Source: a virus
Taxonomy: Duplodnaviria > Caudoviricetes
Virus record (IMG/VR): IMGVR_UViG_3300011334_000066
Location: 1 to 27,108 of that record
Direction: 5' to 3' (one strand)
DNA: 27,108 nt
Positions 9,110 to 15,987 of the stretch are shown in pieces. The notes below the pieces were generated by a model. That model ran no database searches, was not told the DNA's origin, and saw only the letters and a program-made list of their open reading frames with translations. Position 1 is the first letter of the stretch; every line of letters starts with the position of its first letter. The position numbers were made by a program, and so were the translations under genes.

Positions 9110-9603
9110 TGTTGGATCCAGTAACGGCATTAGAAGGACTACAAAGCGCCATTGGATTAGTCCGTAAAGCAGCCAAGGTAGCCAACGATTTAGGCGGCTT
9201 GGCGGGCGTTATTGGGAAGCTCTTTGATGCCCGTAGCCAAGCGACTAAGGCAATGGTTGAGGCCAAGCGGTCAGGCAACAAATCTAACTTTAGCGTTGCA
9301 ATGCAAATAGAAAATTTGCTCATGGAAACGGCTAAGTTGGAATCCCAACTTCAATTGCTTTATATGCAAACGGGAAATATTGACGTTTGGAACAAGATTA
9401 AAGCCAGAGCCGCTGAGATGGACAGGGATGATGCAATAGCCGCCCGTAAAGTCAAAGAAGAAGAAAAACGTCTTAAGGAAGAAGAACAAGAACAAATGAT
9501 GTGGGCGGTTGCCATTGTCATTATTGTTATGTTTGTTGGCGCAATAGGGTGGGGAATTGGAGAAATTACCGATCTATGCGCTAAGACAAGGTGTGGGCGG
9601 TGA
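9109..9603 (+). CDS. Hypothetical coiled-coil protein with C-terminal TM helix
   Basis: Charged helix followed by WAVAIVIIVMFVGAIGWGIG. TAATG coupling. Confidence 0.6.
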   Translation: MLDPVTALEGLQSAIGLVRKAAKVANDLGGLAGVIGKLFDARSQATKAMVEAKRSGNKSNFSVAMQIENLLMETAKLESQLQLLYMQTGNIDVWNKIKARAAEMDRDDAIAARKVKEEEKRLKEEEQEQMMWAVAIVIIVMFVGAIGWGIGEITDLCAKTRCGR

Positions 9604-9749
9604 ATGATTACCAAAAGCAATTTGACCAATTTCTCAAAGTCTTTGTTAGGCTATGTATTGTGATATGGGTGCTAGGCTTGCTGAAGTACATTCCTGATGC
9701 TTTGGCAGATAAGATCGTAACTAAACTACTTGGAATGATTGGACTGTAA
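9600..9749 (+). CDS. Small membrane protein (49 aa; not in ORF track)
   Basis: GTG start, MNDYQKQFDQFLKVFVRLCIVIWVLGLLKYIPDALADKIVTKLLGMIGL. GTGA and TAATG overlaps fill the gap exactly. Confidence 0.65.
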   Translation: MNDYQKQFDQFLKVFVRLCIVIWVLGLLKYIPDALADKIVTKLLGMIGL

Positions 9750-10252
9750 TGCTTTCTTTATTTTCTACCCTTGGTGGTTTGCTTATTTCGGGCTTACCCA
9801 AACTTTTAGACTTTTTTCAAAACAAAGCTGACCAAAAGCATGAACTTGCTTTGGCTAGGGTTCAAGTTGAATTGCAATTACAAATGATGGCTCAAGGCTT
9901 TGCGGCTCAAGAGCGTATGGAGGAAATACGCACAGACCAAATTGCTATGCAGTCTGAAGCGCAAATGACAGAAGCGGCTCTAAAGCACGATGAAAAGGTT
10001 TTAGAAAGAGCTTCTCAATGGGTTGCCAACTATGTGGGGACTGTGAGGCCAACAATTACTTACATTTTTGTTTTTGAGTTGTGTGCCATCAACGCATGGA
10101 TTGCTTACTACATTTACTCTAGGCCAAGTCTGGTGACAAACATTGATGACTTGATTCGTTTGTCAGACATTATTTTCTCTACAGACGAAATGGCAATGTT
10201 GGGCGGCATTGTTGGGTTTTGGTTTGGCTCACGGGGATGGTCTAAGAAATGA
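9749..10252 (+). CDS. Holin, 3-TM GTA-holin-like
   Basis: N-terminal amphipathic helix, coiled coil, VRPTITY plus TM segment, and terminal GFWFGSR. Directly upstream of the lysozyme. Confidence 0.7.
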   Translation: MLSLFSTLGGLLISGLPKLLDFFQNKADQKHELALARVQVELQLQMMAQGFAAQERMEEIRTDQIAMQSEAQMTEAALKHDEKVLERASQWVANYVGTVRPTITYIFVFELCAINAWIAYYIYSRPSLVTNIDDLIRLSDIIFSTDEMAMLGGIVGFWFGSRGWSKK

Positions 10253-10752
10253 AAATCAGCAAGGCGGGTGAGGACTTGATGCACTTCTTTGAAGGCTACA
10301 GGGCTAAACCGTATCGGTGCAGTGCTGCGATTTGGACGGTGGGTTGGGGTCACGCTATGTATGCTGACCAACTAAACCTACCAAACGTGCGAAAAGAGGG
10401 TTACACGGGGCTTATCAGGTCTGACTACCAACTAAAGGAAGGCGACAATCGTGTTTGGTCAAAAGAAGAACTGGTCGATTTATTCAAGATGGACATCAAT
10501 ACTTTTGAACGTGGTGTTCTTCGATTGTCTCCTAATCTTGCTAGTCATCAAAGTAAATTTGACGCTGTTACCAGTTTTGCTTACAACGCAGGGTTAGGGA
10601 ATTACCAACGGTCAACCATTCGTATAAAGGTCAACCGTGGTGATTGGGAGGGCGCTGCTGAAGCCTTTATGAGTTGGACTAAAGCGGGCGGCAAAGAGAT
10701 GGCGGGTTTGGTCAAGCGTAGAAAAGCCGAAATTGCCTTATTTCTTAGCTGA
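10249..10752 (+). CDS. Endolysin, GH24 phage lysozyme
   Basis: FEGYRAKPYRCSAAIWTVGWGH (E-x8-C-x5-T triad), FDAVTSFAYNAG and GLVKRRKAE. Confidence 0.92.
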   Translation: MKISKAGEDLMHFFEGYRAKPYRCSAAIWTVGWGHAMYADQLNLPNVRKEGYTGLIRSDYQLKEGDNRVWSKEELVDLFKMDINTFERGVLRLSPNLASHQSKFDAVTSFAYNAGLGNYQRSTIRIKVNRGDWEGAAEAFMSWTKAGGKEMAGLVKRRKAEIALFLS

Positions 10753-10932
10753 CTTGATAAAACACCCAAAACTATCAATTGTGTCCTTTTCAAAAGGAAG
10801 CACCACAAGGCGTTTTTCGTAGTCCTCAAGGGCATCGTTCCAACCCGCATCGTAAGCGGCACACACGGCCTCTATAGAGGCTTCCTGTGCGCCCGTCATG
10901 CGTAGCAAGTTAATTAAATCGTCTTTGGTCAT
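10738..10932 (-). CDS. Hypothetical protein
   Basis: Last gene of the leftward operon, overlapping neighbouring genes. AYDAGWNDAL motif. Confidence 0.55.
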   Translation of the reverse strand: MTKDDLINLLRMTGAQEASIEAVCAAYDAGWNDALEDYEKRLVVLPFEKDTIDSFGCFIKSAKK

Positions 10933-11104
10933 GGTTTTGCCTTAGATGTTTGCCCGTGGTTCTAGCACTCCACCAAGATTGGCAAATCCCCTTATGCCCC
11001 ATGTCAACCCCGCCCTCGGGCGGTTTGACTTCATCACATTTATTACAAGATCGTAATCTGTGAACGGGCTGATTGCCGCCTAGTTCGATTGGGTACATTG
11101 CCAT
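10910..11104 (-). CDS. Small Zn-finger-like hypothetical protein
   Basis: CNKC...ICQSW pattern, within the leftward operon. Confidence 0.5.
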   Translation of the reverse strand: MAMYPIELGGNQPVHRLRSCNKCDEVKPPEGGVDMGHKGICQSWWSARTTGKHLRQNHDQRRFN

Positions 11105-11406
11105 TCTCTTTCATTTCTTCCTGAATTGGATTTAACTGTATTGCCCGTTAATTGGATAAGCCCAATGATTTTCATTTCGTTTAAGCGCCTGGCCACTTGA
11201 TTGGGGTCAAGCATTGTCAAGGCTGAAATGCCATCTTTGCCAAGTGGCCCGTAAAACTTGAGGCAATTTAAGATAACTTGGTGGTGTTGAGGGGCGACGT
11301 CTTTGATCGACTCCGCTGCCTCAAACGATGTTAAGGGATCATTCGCACGAACTCTAGGGAATTCGGGCATGGCAAAAATGCGTTTAAATGTTTCTTTATA
11401 GTCCAT
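11080..11406 (-). CDS. Winged-helix DNA-binding protein
   Basis: R..DP.TS.EAA N-terminal motif, then HTH (NQVARRLNEM..GLI) and wing (SGRNEREW). AAGG SD. Confidence 0.65.
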   Translation of the reverse strand: MDYKETFKRIFAMPEFPRVRANDPLTSFEAAESIKDVAPQHHQVILNCLKFYGPLGKDGISALTMLDPNQVARRLNEMKIIGLIQLTGNTVKSNSGRNEREWQCTQSN

Positions 11407-11419
11407 GATGTTTCCTTGT

Positions 11420-11479
11420 TGGTGGGGGGATCACTGTTCGTCCGCAAGCTAGGATTACCCTTTGCACAGCTTTCCCCCC
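11420..11479 (-). ncRNA. Candidate structured RNA with 7-bp closing stem and ACCA
   Basis: Minus strand reads GGGGGGA-AA-GCTGT-GCAA-AGGGTAATCCT-AGC-TTGC-GGACGA-ACAGT-GA-TCCCCCC-ACCA, with nested helices. Confidence 0.5.
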
Positions 11480-11484
11480 GTTAA

Positions 11485-11724
11485 TCAAAATGGGATTTCT
11501 TCCTCATCCCGTGGCAAACCTTTGTAATCTTCTTTGGGTTTTGGAGTGTTGAGATAAGCCCAACCGTTCCAGCCGCCATCAGGCAAAGGAATAACGTCCA
11601 ACTTGAGCATTGGGCCGTTTTTAGTCTCAATGACCGATCCAATGGTTTGATAGCGTGATTTTTCTACACCCTCTTTGTTTTTGTATTTACCTGAAACAAC
11701 GGTAATTTCGTAAATTTTAGACAT
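11485..11724 (-). CDS. Small single-stranded DNA-binding-like protein
   Basis: OB-like beta pattern (GKYKNKEGVEKSRYQTIG) and acidic SSB-type tail DEEEIPF. Follows the exonuclease and annealase. Confidence 0.6.
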   Translation of the reverse strand: MSKIYEITVVSGKYKNKEGVEKSRYQTIGSVIETKNGPMLKLDVIPLPDGGWNGWAYLNTPKPKEDYKGLPRDEEEIPF

Positions 11725-12343
11725 TTTTAATTTCCATAAGTTGAGCAATTTTGATATCAAGTTCATTTAAGAATTTGATAATTTCTTCTTCCATCAGTCT
11801 GATATACATATTGTCCCTTGGGACACGTTTAACAAACAATTGAAGTTCTGCGGGCAGACGATTGTCAAAAGACACAAAGTCACACCATTCACGGTCTGTG
11901 CAAGCCATTTGAAATTGCATTTGGGTGTTGTATTTGCCTGGCACTGTCTGACTAAGCAAAGTCTCAATGTGCGTTGCGGTGTTTGGGCATTTGATCTCTA
12001 AGAGGCCATCATCCCCCACAAGCCCATCAGGGGACGCACCCGCCATAATGATGGATGGATGAGGCACAAACCCCACTTCATCTACTAAAACGTCTTTGAG
12101 CGACTCATAAGCGGCTCGGGCAAGGGGTTCTGTATCTGTGCCATGTTGCATGGCAGCATTGGTAAAACTTTCCCCTTTTTCACCCGTTAAGCGTTCACAC
12201 ACCAACTGAGCCATGTAGTTATCACGGGTTGCTGAATAGCCCGTTTTAGTCTTGGCAAGCACATCAGCCACACGGGATGCGGTGACCTTACCAATTCGTG
12301 CCGCAAACCATTGGTCTGATCGTTGTTCAATCATTTCAATCAT
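11717..12343 (-). CDS. YqaJ/lambda-type exonuclease
   Basis: QRSDQWFAARIGKVTAS, AMQHGTDTEPLAR, GASPDGLV..LEIKCP and Q.Q.QM..DFVSFD. GGAG SD before ATG 12343. Confidence 0.92.
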   Translation of the reverse strand: MIEMIEQRSDQWFAARIGKVTASRVADVLAKTKTGYSATRDNYMAQLVCERLTGEKGESFTNAAMQHGTDTEPLARAAYESLKDVLVDEVGFVPHPSIIMAGASPDGLVGDDGLLEIKCPNTATHIETLLSQTVPGKYNTQMQFQMACTDREWCDFVSFDNRLPAELQLFVKRVPRDNMYIRLMEEEIIKFLNELDIKIAQLMEIKNV

Positions 12344-12372
12344 AATTTCTCCTATTTGACGTTTACGCCACA

Positions 12373-12927
12373 TTACAGTTTTGCCTTAATTTCATCTTTT
12401 GCTGCGATGACCTTGATCTGCCAAGCCTTATCACCATCACAAGCGGCATAAGCTACTTTAAAAGCCAACTTCAATTCGTCTGGTGTTTTGGCGTTGTGGA
12501 TGGCTAGAAACAAGTCTGTCATGCTGTTTGGGTCAATGGTTGACTCGGGTTCTTCACCTTGCGGCAAATCGTCTCCAGCGTAGATGTACAGGCCAAGGCC
12601 ATGCAAGCTAAGTGCTTTGGTCATGCAACGCATGATGGCGGTATTGACTTGGAAAGCATCGGGGCTTTGGATGGCCTTGTTGCGGTGATCCATCACGGGC
12701 AATTGGCAAGTCATTGGCTTGTCAAACATAACAACCGTGACCCACACCATTGCCGTGCCGTTTATGTCCATGAAACATTTGTCGCCAAACGTATTTACCG
12801 CAAAAGTAGCTTTTGGATCGGCTTTGAGTGCCTCGGCCCATGCCCAAGCCCATGACAGATAAGTCAAGTTGGCTTTCTTTTCCGTATGTTCATTGACATT
12901 CAGTTTGAGTAATTCTTGGACGTTCAT
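12373..12927 (-). CDS. Sak3/DUF1071-type single-strand annealing protein
   Basis: VNEHTEKKANLTYLSWAWAW, LPVMDHRNK and NTAIMRCMTKALSLHGLGLYIYAGDDLP. Confidence 0.85.
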   Translation of the reverse strand: MNVQELLKLNVNEHTEKKANLTYLSWAWAWAEALKADPKATFAVNTFGDKCFMDINGTAMVWVTVVMFDKPMTCQLPVMDHRNKAIQSPDAFQVNTAIMRCMTKALSLHGLGLYIYAGDDLPQGEEPESTIDPNSMTDLFLAIHNAKTPDELKLAFKVAYAACDGDKAWQIKVIAAKDEIKAKL

Positions 12928-13109
12928 GCTTCTTCCTTTAAATAAGCCGTGAGGCGTTTGATTCGGTCTGAGTGATAGTCACCCATGCGCTTTGCATATT
13001 CCTGTGCGCTGAGAGCCTCTAATAGCTTGCGTTGTGCCATTTCAAGTTCTTTGGCAGCTAACTCTTTTGCTGATGGCAAGCGGAAATAATCTTTGATGTG
13101 GTCAATCAT
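12924..13109 (-). CDS. Hypothetical helical protein
   Basis: 61 aa with ATGA overlap into the sak3 gene. Confidence 0.6.
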   Translation of the reverse strand: MIDHIKDYFRLPSAKELAAKELEMAQRKLLEALSAQEYAKRMGDYHSDRIKRLTAYLKEEA

Positions 13110-13112
13110 GGT

Positions 13113-13205
13113 CTACCCTCTCCATGCGAGCATCACACCAATGCCGCCAAAAATGATGATGGCTAAAAAGCATTCAATAAGTGTTTGAATAATCTTAGAT
13201 TTCAT
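13113..13205 (-). CDS. Small membrane peptide (30 aa; not in ORF track)
   Basis: MKSKIIQTLIECFLAIIIFGGIGVMLAWRG. Fills the gap in the operon. Confidence 0.55.
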   Translation of the reverse strand: MKSKIIQTLIECFLAIIIFGGIGVMLAWRG

Positions 13206-13467
13206 TTTTTTCTTTCAGCATACGAGCGTGGTGAATCTTGGTTTCAGACATGATGTGTTGAAATTCGGCTAAAGGCAGATCACAAGAAATGTCATCACCT
13301 TTTAAGTTAAAGACAAACACATCGTAGATTTCTGCGTAATCTGGTGCGTGTGGGTAATTAGTTAAAACGGGGTAATAGTCATAACCAACTTTGACGTTCT
13401 CAAGCGTTGTTCCATTGTCATAAGACACAACGTCATCAAAGTAATAGTGGAGTTTGAATTCAGTCAT
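13195..13467 (-). CDS. Hypothetical protein, first gene of leftward early operon
   Basis: MTEFKLHYYF..., with AAAGGT SD upstream of ATG 13467. Confidence 0.6.
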   Translation of the reverse strand: MTEFKLHYYFDDVVSYDNGTTLENVKVGYDYYPVLTNYPHAPDYAEIYDVFVFNLKGDDISCDLPLAEFQHIMSETKIHHARMLKEKNEI

Positions 13468-13509
13468 CTTTACCTTTCTAAATAGACCCCAAAAGTAGGG
13501 CATGGGTGA

Positions 13510-13539
13510 ACTATAACGCACCTTATATAACCAAGTCAA
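13510..13539 (-). promoter_or_regulatory. Leftward sigma70 promoter (PL-like)
   Basis: Minus strand TTGACT-N18-TATAGT. Overlapped by inverted repeat ATAACC(13527-32)/GGTTAT(13546-51), a possible operator. Confidence 0.55.
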
Positions 13540-13577
13540 CTGTGGGGTTATTAGCCAACTAATATACAATCTGCTTT

Positions 13578-13733
13578 ATGGATAAAAACAAGTTTATTGC
13601 ACTAGCTGGCTCACAGAGTGATCTAGCCAAATTGTTAGGCATTAGCCAGGCGGCTGTGTCTCAATGGAAAACTGTGCCAAAAGCAAGAATTTGGCAGCTA
13701 AAACTTTTAAAACCTGAATGGTTTGACAAATAA
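13578..13733 (+). CDS. cro: Cro-like HTH transcriptional regulator (51 aa; not in ORF track)
   Basis: MDKNKFIALAGSQSDLAKLLGISQAAVSQWKTVPKARIWQLKLLKPEWFDK has a classic Cro HTH. Divergent from the recombination operon. Confidence 0.85.
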   Translation: MDKNKFIALAGSQSDLAKLLGISQAAVSQWKTVPKARIWQLKLLKPEWFDK

Positions 13734-13749
13734 AAAAAATATGTATAAT
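13723..13749 (+). promoter_or_regulatory. Rightward sigma70 promoter
   Basis: Perfect TTGACA (13723-28) and TATAAT (13744-49). The spacer is only 15 bp and contains an A-run. Confidence 0.65.
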
Positions 13750-13755
13750 AGAAAC

Positions 13756-13916
13756 CGTCTGAGTGGCATCAGACGAAAGACGCAGATTAGTTCAACCCCT
13801 CAGATACCTGTGGCGGTCTTGTCAGACGGCAAGCTAACTTTTGATTTGCGTCATTCGTTTGCTGTTGCTCTCGCCAAGAGCCAAGACCACCAGAGTTATT
13901 TGAGGGGTTTTTTCGT
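13756..13916 (+). ncRNA. Candidate antisense/attenuator RNA (P4 CI / P1 C4-like architecture)
   Basis: Hairpin CGTCTGA/TCAGACG. Long stem AACCCCTCAGATA/TATTTGAGGGGTT plus U-tract, enclosing GGTCTTG/CAAGACC, GACGGCAAGC/GTTTGCTGTT and GCTCT/AGAGC helices. Confidence 0.6.
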
Positions 13917-14187
13917 TTGGCGGCTATGCAATGCGGTACGTCGGTGGTTGCATCTAGGGATACCCTGTTACACGAGCGAACTAAAGCAGGGGCGGTGGGC
14001 GAAGCCTAGAGCCGAGTGGTTTGGACGCAAGTTCAAGAAGTCTGGGTTAGTGCGATTGCGATGACATGGCTCCATACAAGAGGAACTTTCATCAAAGCAT
14101 AAGCGAACTTTGGTTTTGACCACGGTAAGGCTGTGCTTTGCTCCAACATTCACCACCAAGAAGTATTAACTTAAAGGAGATATGTAA

Positions 14188-14385
14188 ATGAAGTATCTAG
14201 TAAATAAGAATAAAGAAAGTGGCAAGGCTCACCTGTGGGATGACGGTGATACTTACTGCAAGATGTACAGCACAGGCGGTTTAAGAAAAAAACGCTATGA
14301 AGTTGTTGATGACAAAAAAGACAAAGAAGTTTGTTTAATGTGTCAAAACGGTTGGAATGAAATCCATACATACACAAAAGGCTAA
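14188..14385 (+). CDS. Small Cys/His hypothetical protein
   Basis: Strong AAGGAG SD. H...C...CxxC pattern suggests a Zn ligand set. Confidence 0.65.
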   Translation: MKYLVNKNKESGKAHLWDDGDTYCKMYSTGGLRKKRYEVVDDKKDKEVCLMCQNGWNEIHTYTKG

Positions 14386-14387
14386 AA

Positions 14388-14789
14388 ATGACTATTGATC
14401 TATTTGGCTTTGAACAACCCCAAAAGCATTTTTTAACTGACGAAGGTTTTGAAGAATTCTGGTCTGCATACCCCAGATGTGACCGTAAGGGCGAAAAGGC
14501 TGCTTGCAAGAAAAAATGGACTGAAAGCTACTATTTCTCTCAAAAGCACATCATTCTTAAACACGTTCAATGGATGGCTACTACAGCGCAATGGTTGAGA
14601 GACAACGGGTCATGGATTCCCGCCCCCAAGGTCTATTTAAACCAACAACGATGGGATGGCGCTGATATTCCTGATGTAAAGCCTATACCCTTGATTGACC
14701 CCGCCTTGGCAAAGATTGAAGCTGACAACAAAAAAGCCGCACCTATGCCTGACCACATCCGAGCCAAACTTGCAGAATTAAGGAAATGA
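14388..14789 (+). CDS. Replication-initiator C-terminal-domain-like protein
   Basis: FEEFWSAYPR...K.A..KKW and IPAPKVYLNQQRWD are motifs of the C-terminal domain of phage replication organisers. Sits in the lambda O position. Confidence 0.6.
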   Translation: MTIDLFGFEQPQKHFLTDEGFEEFWSAYPRCDRKGEKAACKKKWTESYYFSQKHIILKHVQWMATTAQWLRDNGSWIPAPKVYLNQQRWDGADIPDVKPIPLIDPALAKIEADNKKAAPMPDHIRAKLAELRK

Positions 14790-14980
14790 AAATGCCAATA
14801 TTTTTGCCAAAAGAAATGGAAACAGAAGTTTTTGGAACTGGTGACGGTTTTGTTTGCATAACCCAAAAAGCTGATGATGTTGAAACCGTGATTTGGTTAT
14901 CTGTGCATCAATTTGAAACAATTTTCAATCACGAAAAAACAATTGTTAGAGAGGCCGTGACTCCTGATGACACACCATGA
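14786..14980 (+). CDS. Hypothetical protein
   Basis: ATGA coupling, 64 aa. Confidence 0.55.
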   Translation: MKMPIFLPKEMETEVFGTGDGFVCITQKADDVETVIWLSVHQFETIFNHEKTIVREAVTPDDTP

Positions 14981-15206
14981 AGCTACAGCAATCCTTAATC
15001 GGGTCAGAGAAGGCCAGCAATTTAGCCACTTTGTCATCACAAGAGCGCTTGAACTTACGGGAGATTATGAGACAAACGGAAGCAATGGAATGGATCAGGC
15101 GCTACCGCAAGAAAGCGCTAGAGGAAGGGCGGGGGGAAGCCCAATATTGGTGGCAACAAACCCTTTTGGACATAGCCAAGAAGCGTGGGCAAGCGGCTGC
15201 CGATGA
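14967..15206 (+). CDS. Hypothetical protein (overlaps next gene)
   Basis: Amphipathic N-half (ATAILNRVREG...ITRALELTGD); the C-half looks like overlap read-through. Confidence 0.4.
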   Translation: MTHHEATAILNRVREGQQFSHFVITRALELTGDYETNGSNGMDQALPQESARGRAGGSPILVATNPFGHSQEAWASGCR

Positions 15207-15246
15207 CCTACGCAAGCGCATGAACGAACAAAAGGACAAGAAATGA
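14977..15246 (+). CDS. Hypothetical helical protein
   Basis: EAMEWIRRY...DIAKKRGQAAADDLRKRM. ATGA couplings at both ends. Confidence 0.6.
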   Translation: MKLQQSLIGSEKASNLATLSSQERLNLREIMRQTEAMEWIRRYRKKALEEGRGEAQYWWQQTLLDIAKKRGQAAADDLRKRMNEQKDKK

Positions 15247-15671
15247 CTTTCATGACCACATTCAGCGTGGATGTTGACCCCGTTGGCAAGCAAAGAGCAA
15301 GATATGCCAAGCGTGGAAATTTTGTGCAAACTTACACACCCGAGAAAACTCGCACTTACGAATCTTTGATTAAAGAAGCGGGAATTGAGGCGATGGGAAG
15401 TTCCGAACCGCTAGAAACGCCTGTAAGCCTTTATCTTTATATCAGGCTACCAATCCCAAAGTCATATTCTAAAAAACGCATAGAAGCCTGTTTAAGTGGT
15501 TTAGAGCAACCAATTAAAAAGCCTGACTCCTCAAATATTCTTAAAAGCGTTGAGGACGCATTAAATGGGGTGGTTTACAAAGATGACTGTCAAATCATCA
15601 ATCACCACATTACCAAGGTTTATGCAAGTCAAGCTGGTGTCAACATATGTATTAAGGAGTATTTGCCTTGA
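15243..15671 (+). CDS. rusA: RusA-family Holliday junction resolvase
   Basis: PVGKQRAR...YTPEKTRTYE and KKPDSSNILKSVEDALNGVVYKDDCQI. Confidence 0.88.
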   Translation: MTFMTTFSVDVDPVGKQRARYAKRGNFVQTYTPEKTRTYESLIKEAGIEAMGSSEPLETPVSLYLYIRLPIPKSYSKKRIEACLSGLEQPIKKPDSSNILKSVEDALNGVVYKDDCQIINHHITKVYASQAGVNICIKEYLP

Positions 15672-15901
15672 ATATTTTTATTTACACAAAATCAGGATGC
15701 CCCAACTGTTTGGCAGCTAAAAAGCTACTTAAAGAAAAAGGCTTGCGATTTGTTGAAAGCAACATGGATCAAGACAGGATCAGGTTGGCGTTTCAATTTT
15801 CTTATCCCGATGTTCGCGGGATGCCCCAAATATTCATTGATGACCAAAGAGTTGGGGGATTGTTGGGCTTACAAGCGGCTTTAAAGGAATTGGGATTATG
15901 A
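15668..15901 (+). CDS. Glutaredoxin (GrxC-like)
   Basis: IYTKSGCPNC..AK.LL and MPQIFIDDQRVGG. Confidence 0.88.
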   Translation: MNIFIYTKSGCPNCLAAKKLLKEKGLRFVESNMDQDRIRLAFQFSYPDVRGMPQIFIDDQRVGGLLGLQAALKELGL

Positions 15902-15987
15902 GCAACAAAGTCATTTATGCGCTTTTATGTGCATTGTTAGTTGTCCATTGGGGATTGGTTGCTTACTACATAGGATTCAAGCCATGA
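15898..15987 (+). CDS. Small membrane peptide (29 aa; not in ORF track)
   Basis: MSNKVIYALLCALLVVHWGLVAYYIGFKP, with ATGA overlaps at both ends. Confidence 0.6.
   Translation: MSNKVIYALLCALLVVHWGLVAYYIGFKP

Noticed and set aside
10960-11000. Odd residues (KGICQSWW where a CxxC might be expected; also EKCGLKG in the portal) suggesting recoding or editing
   Set aside because: These are isolated substitutions that could be natural variation or sequence error. ORFs read normally in the standard code.
11420-11479. Canonical tRNA gene
   Set aside because: Only 60 nt, with no D arm, TTC T-loop or anticodon arm.
13723-14064. 113-aa ORF from the track
   Set aside because: It starts at the TTG of the -35 box, has no SD, and spans a strongly base-paired region with a terminator-like U-tract.
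15520-15600. Inactive RusA (KPDSSN instead of KPDxDN)
   Set aside because: The other catalytic Asp/Lys positions are intact, so there is not enough evidence for a pseudogene.
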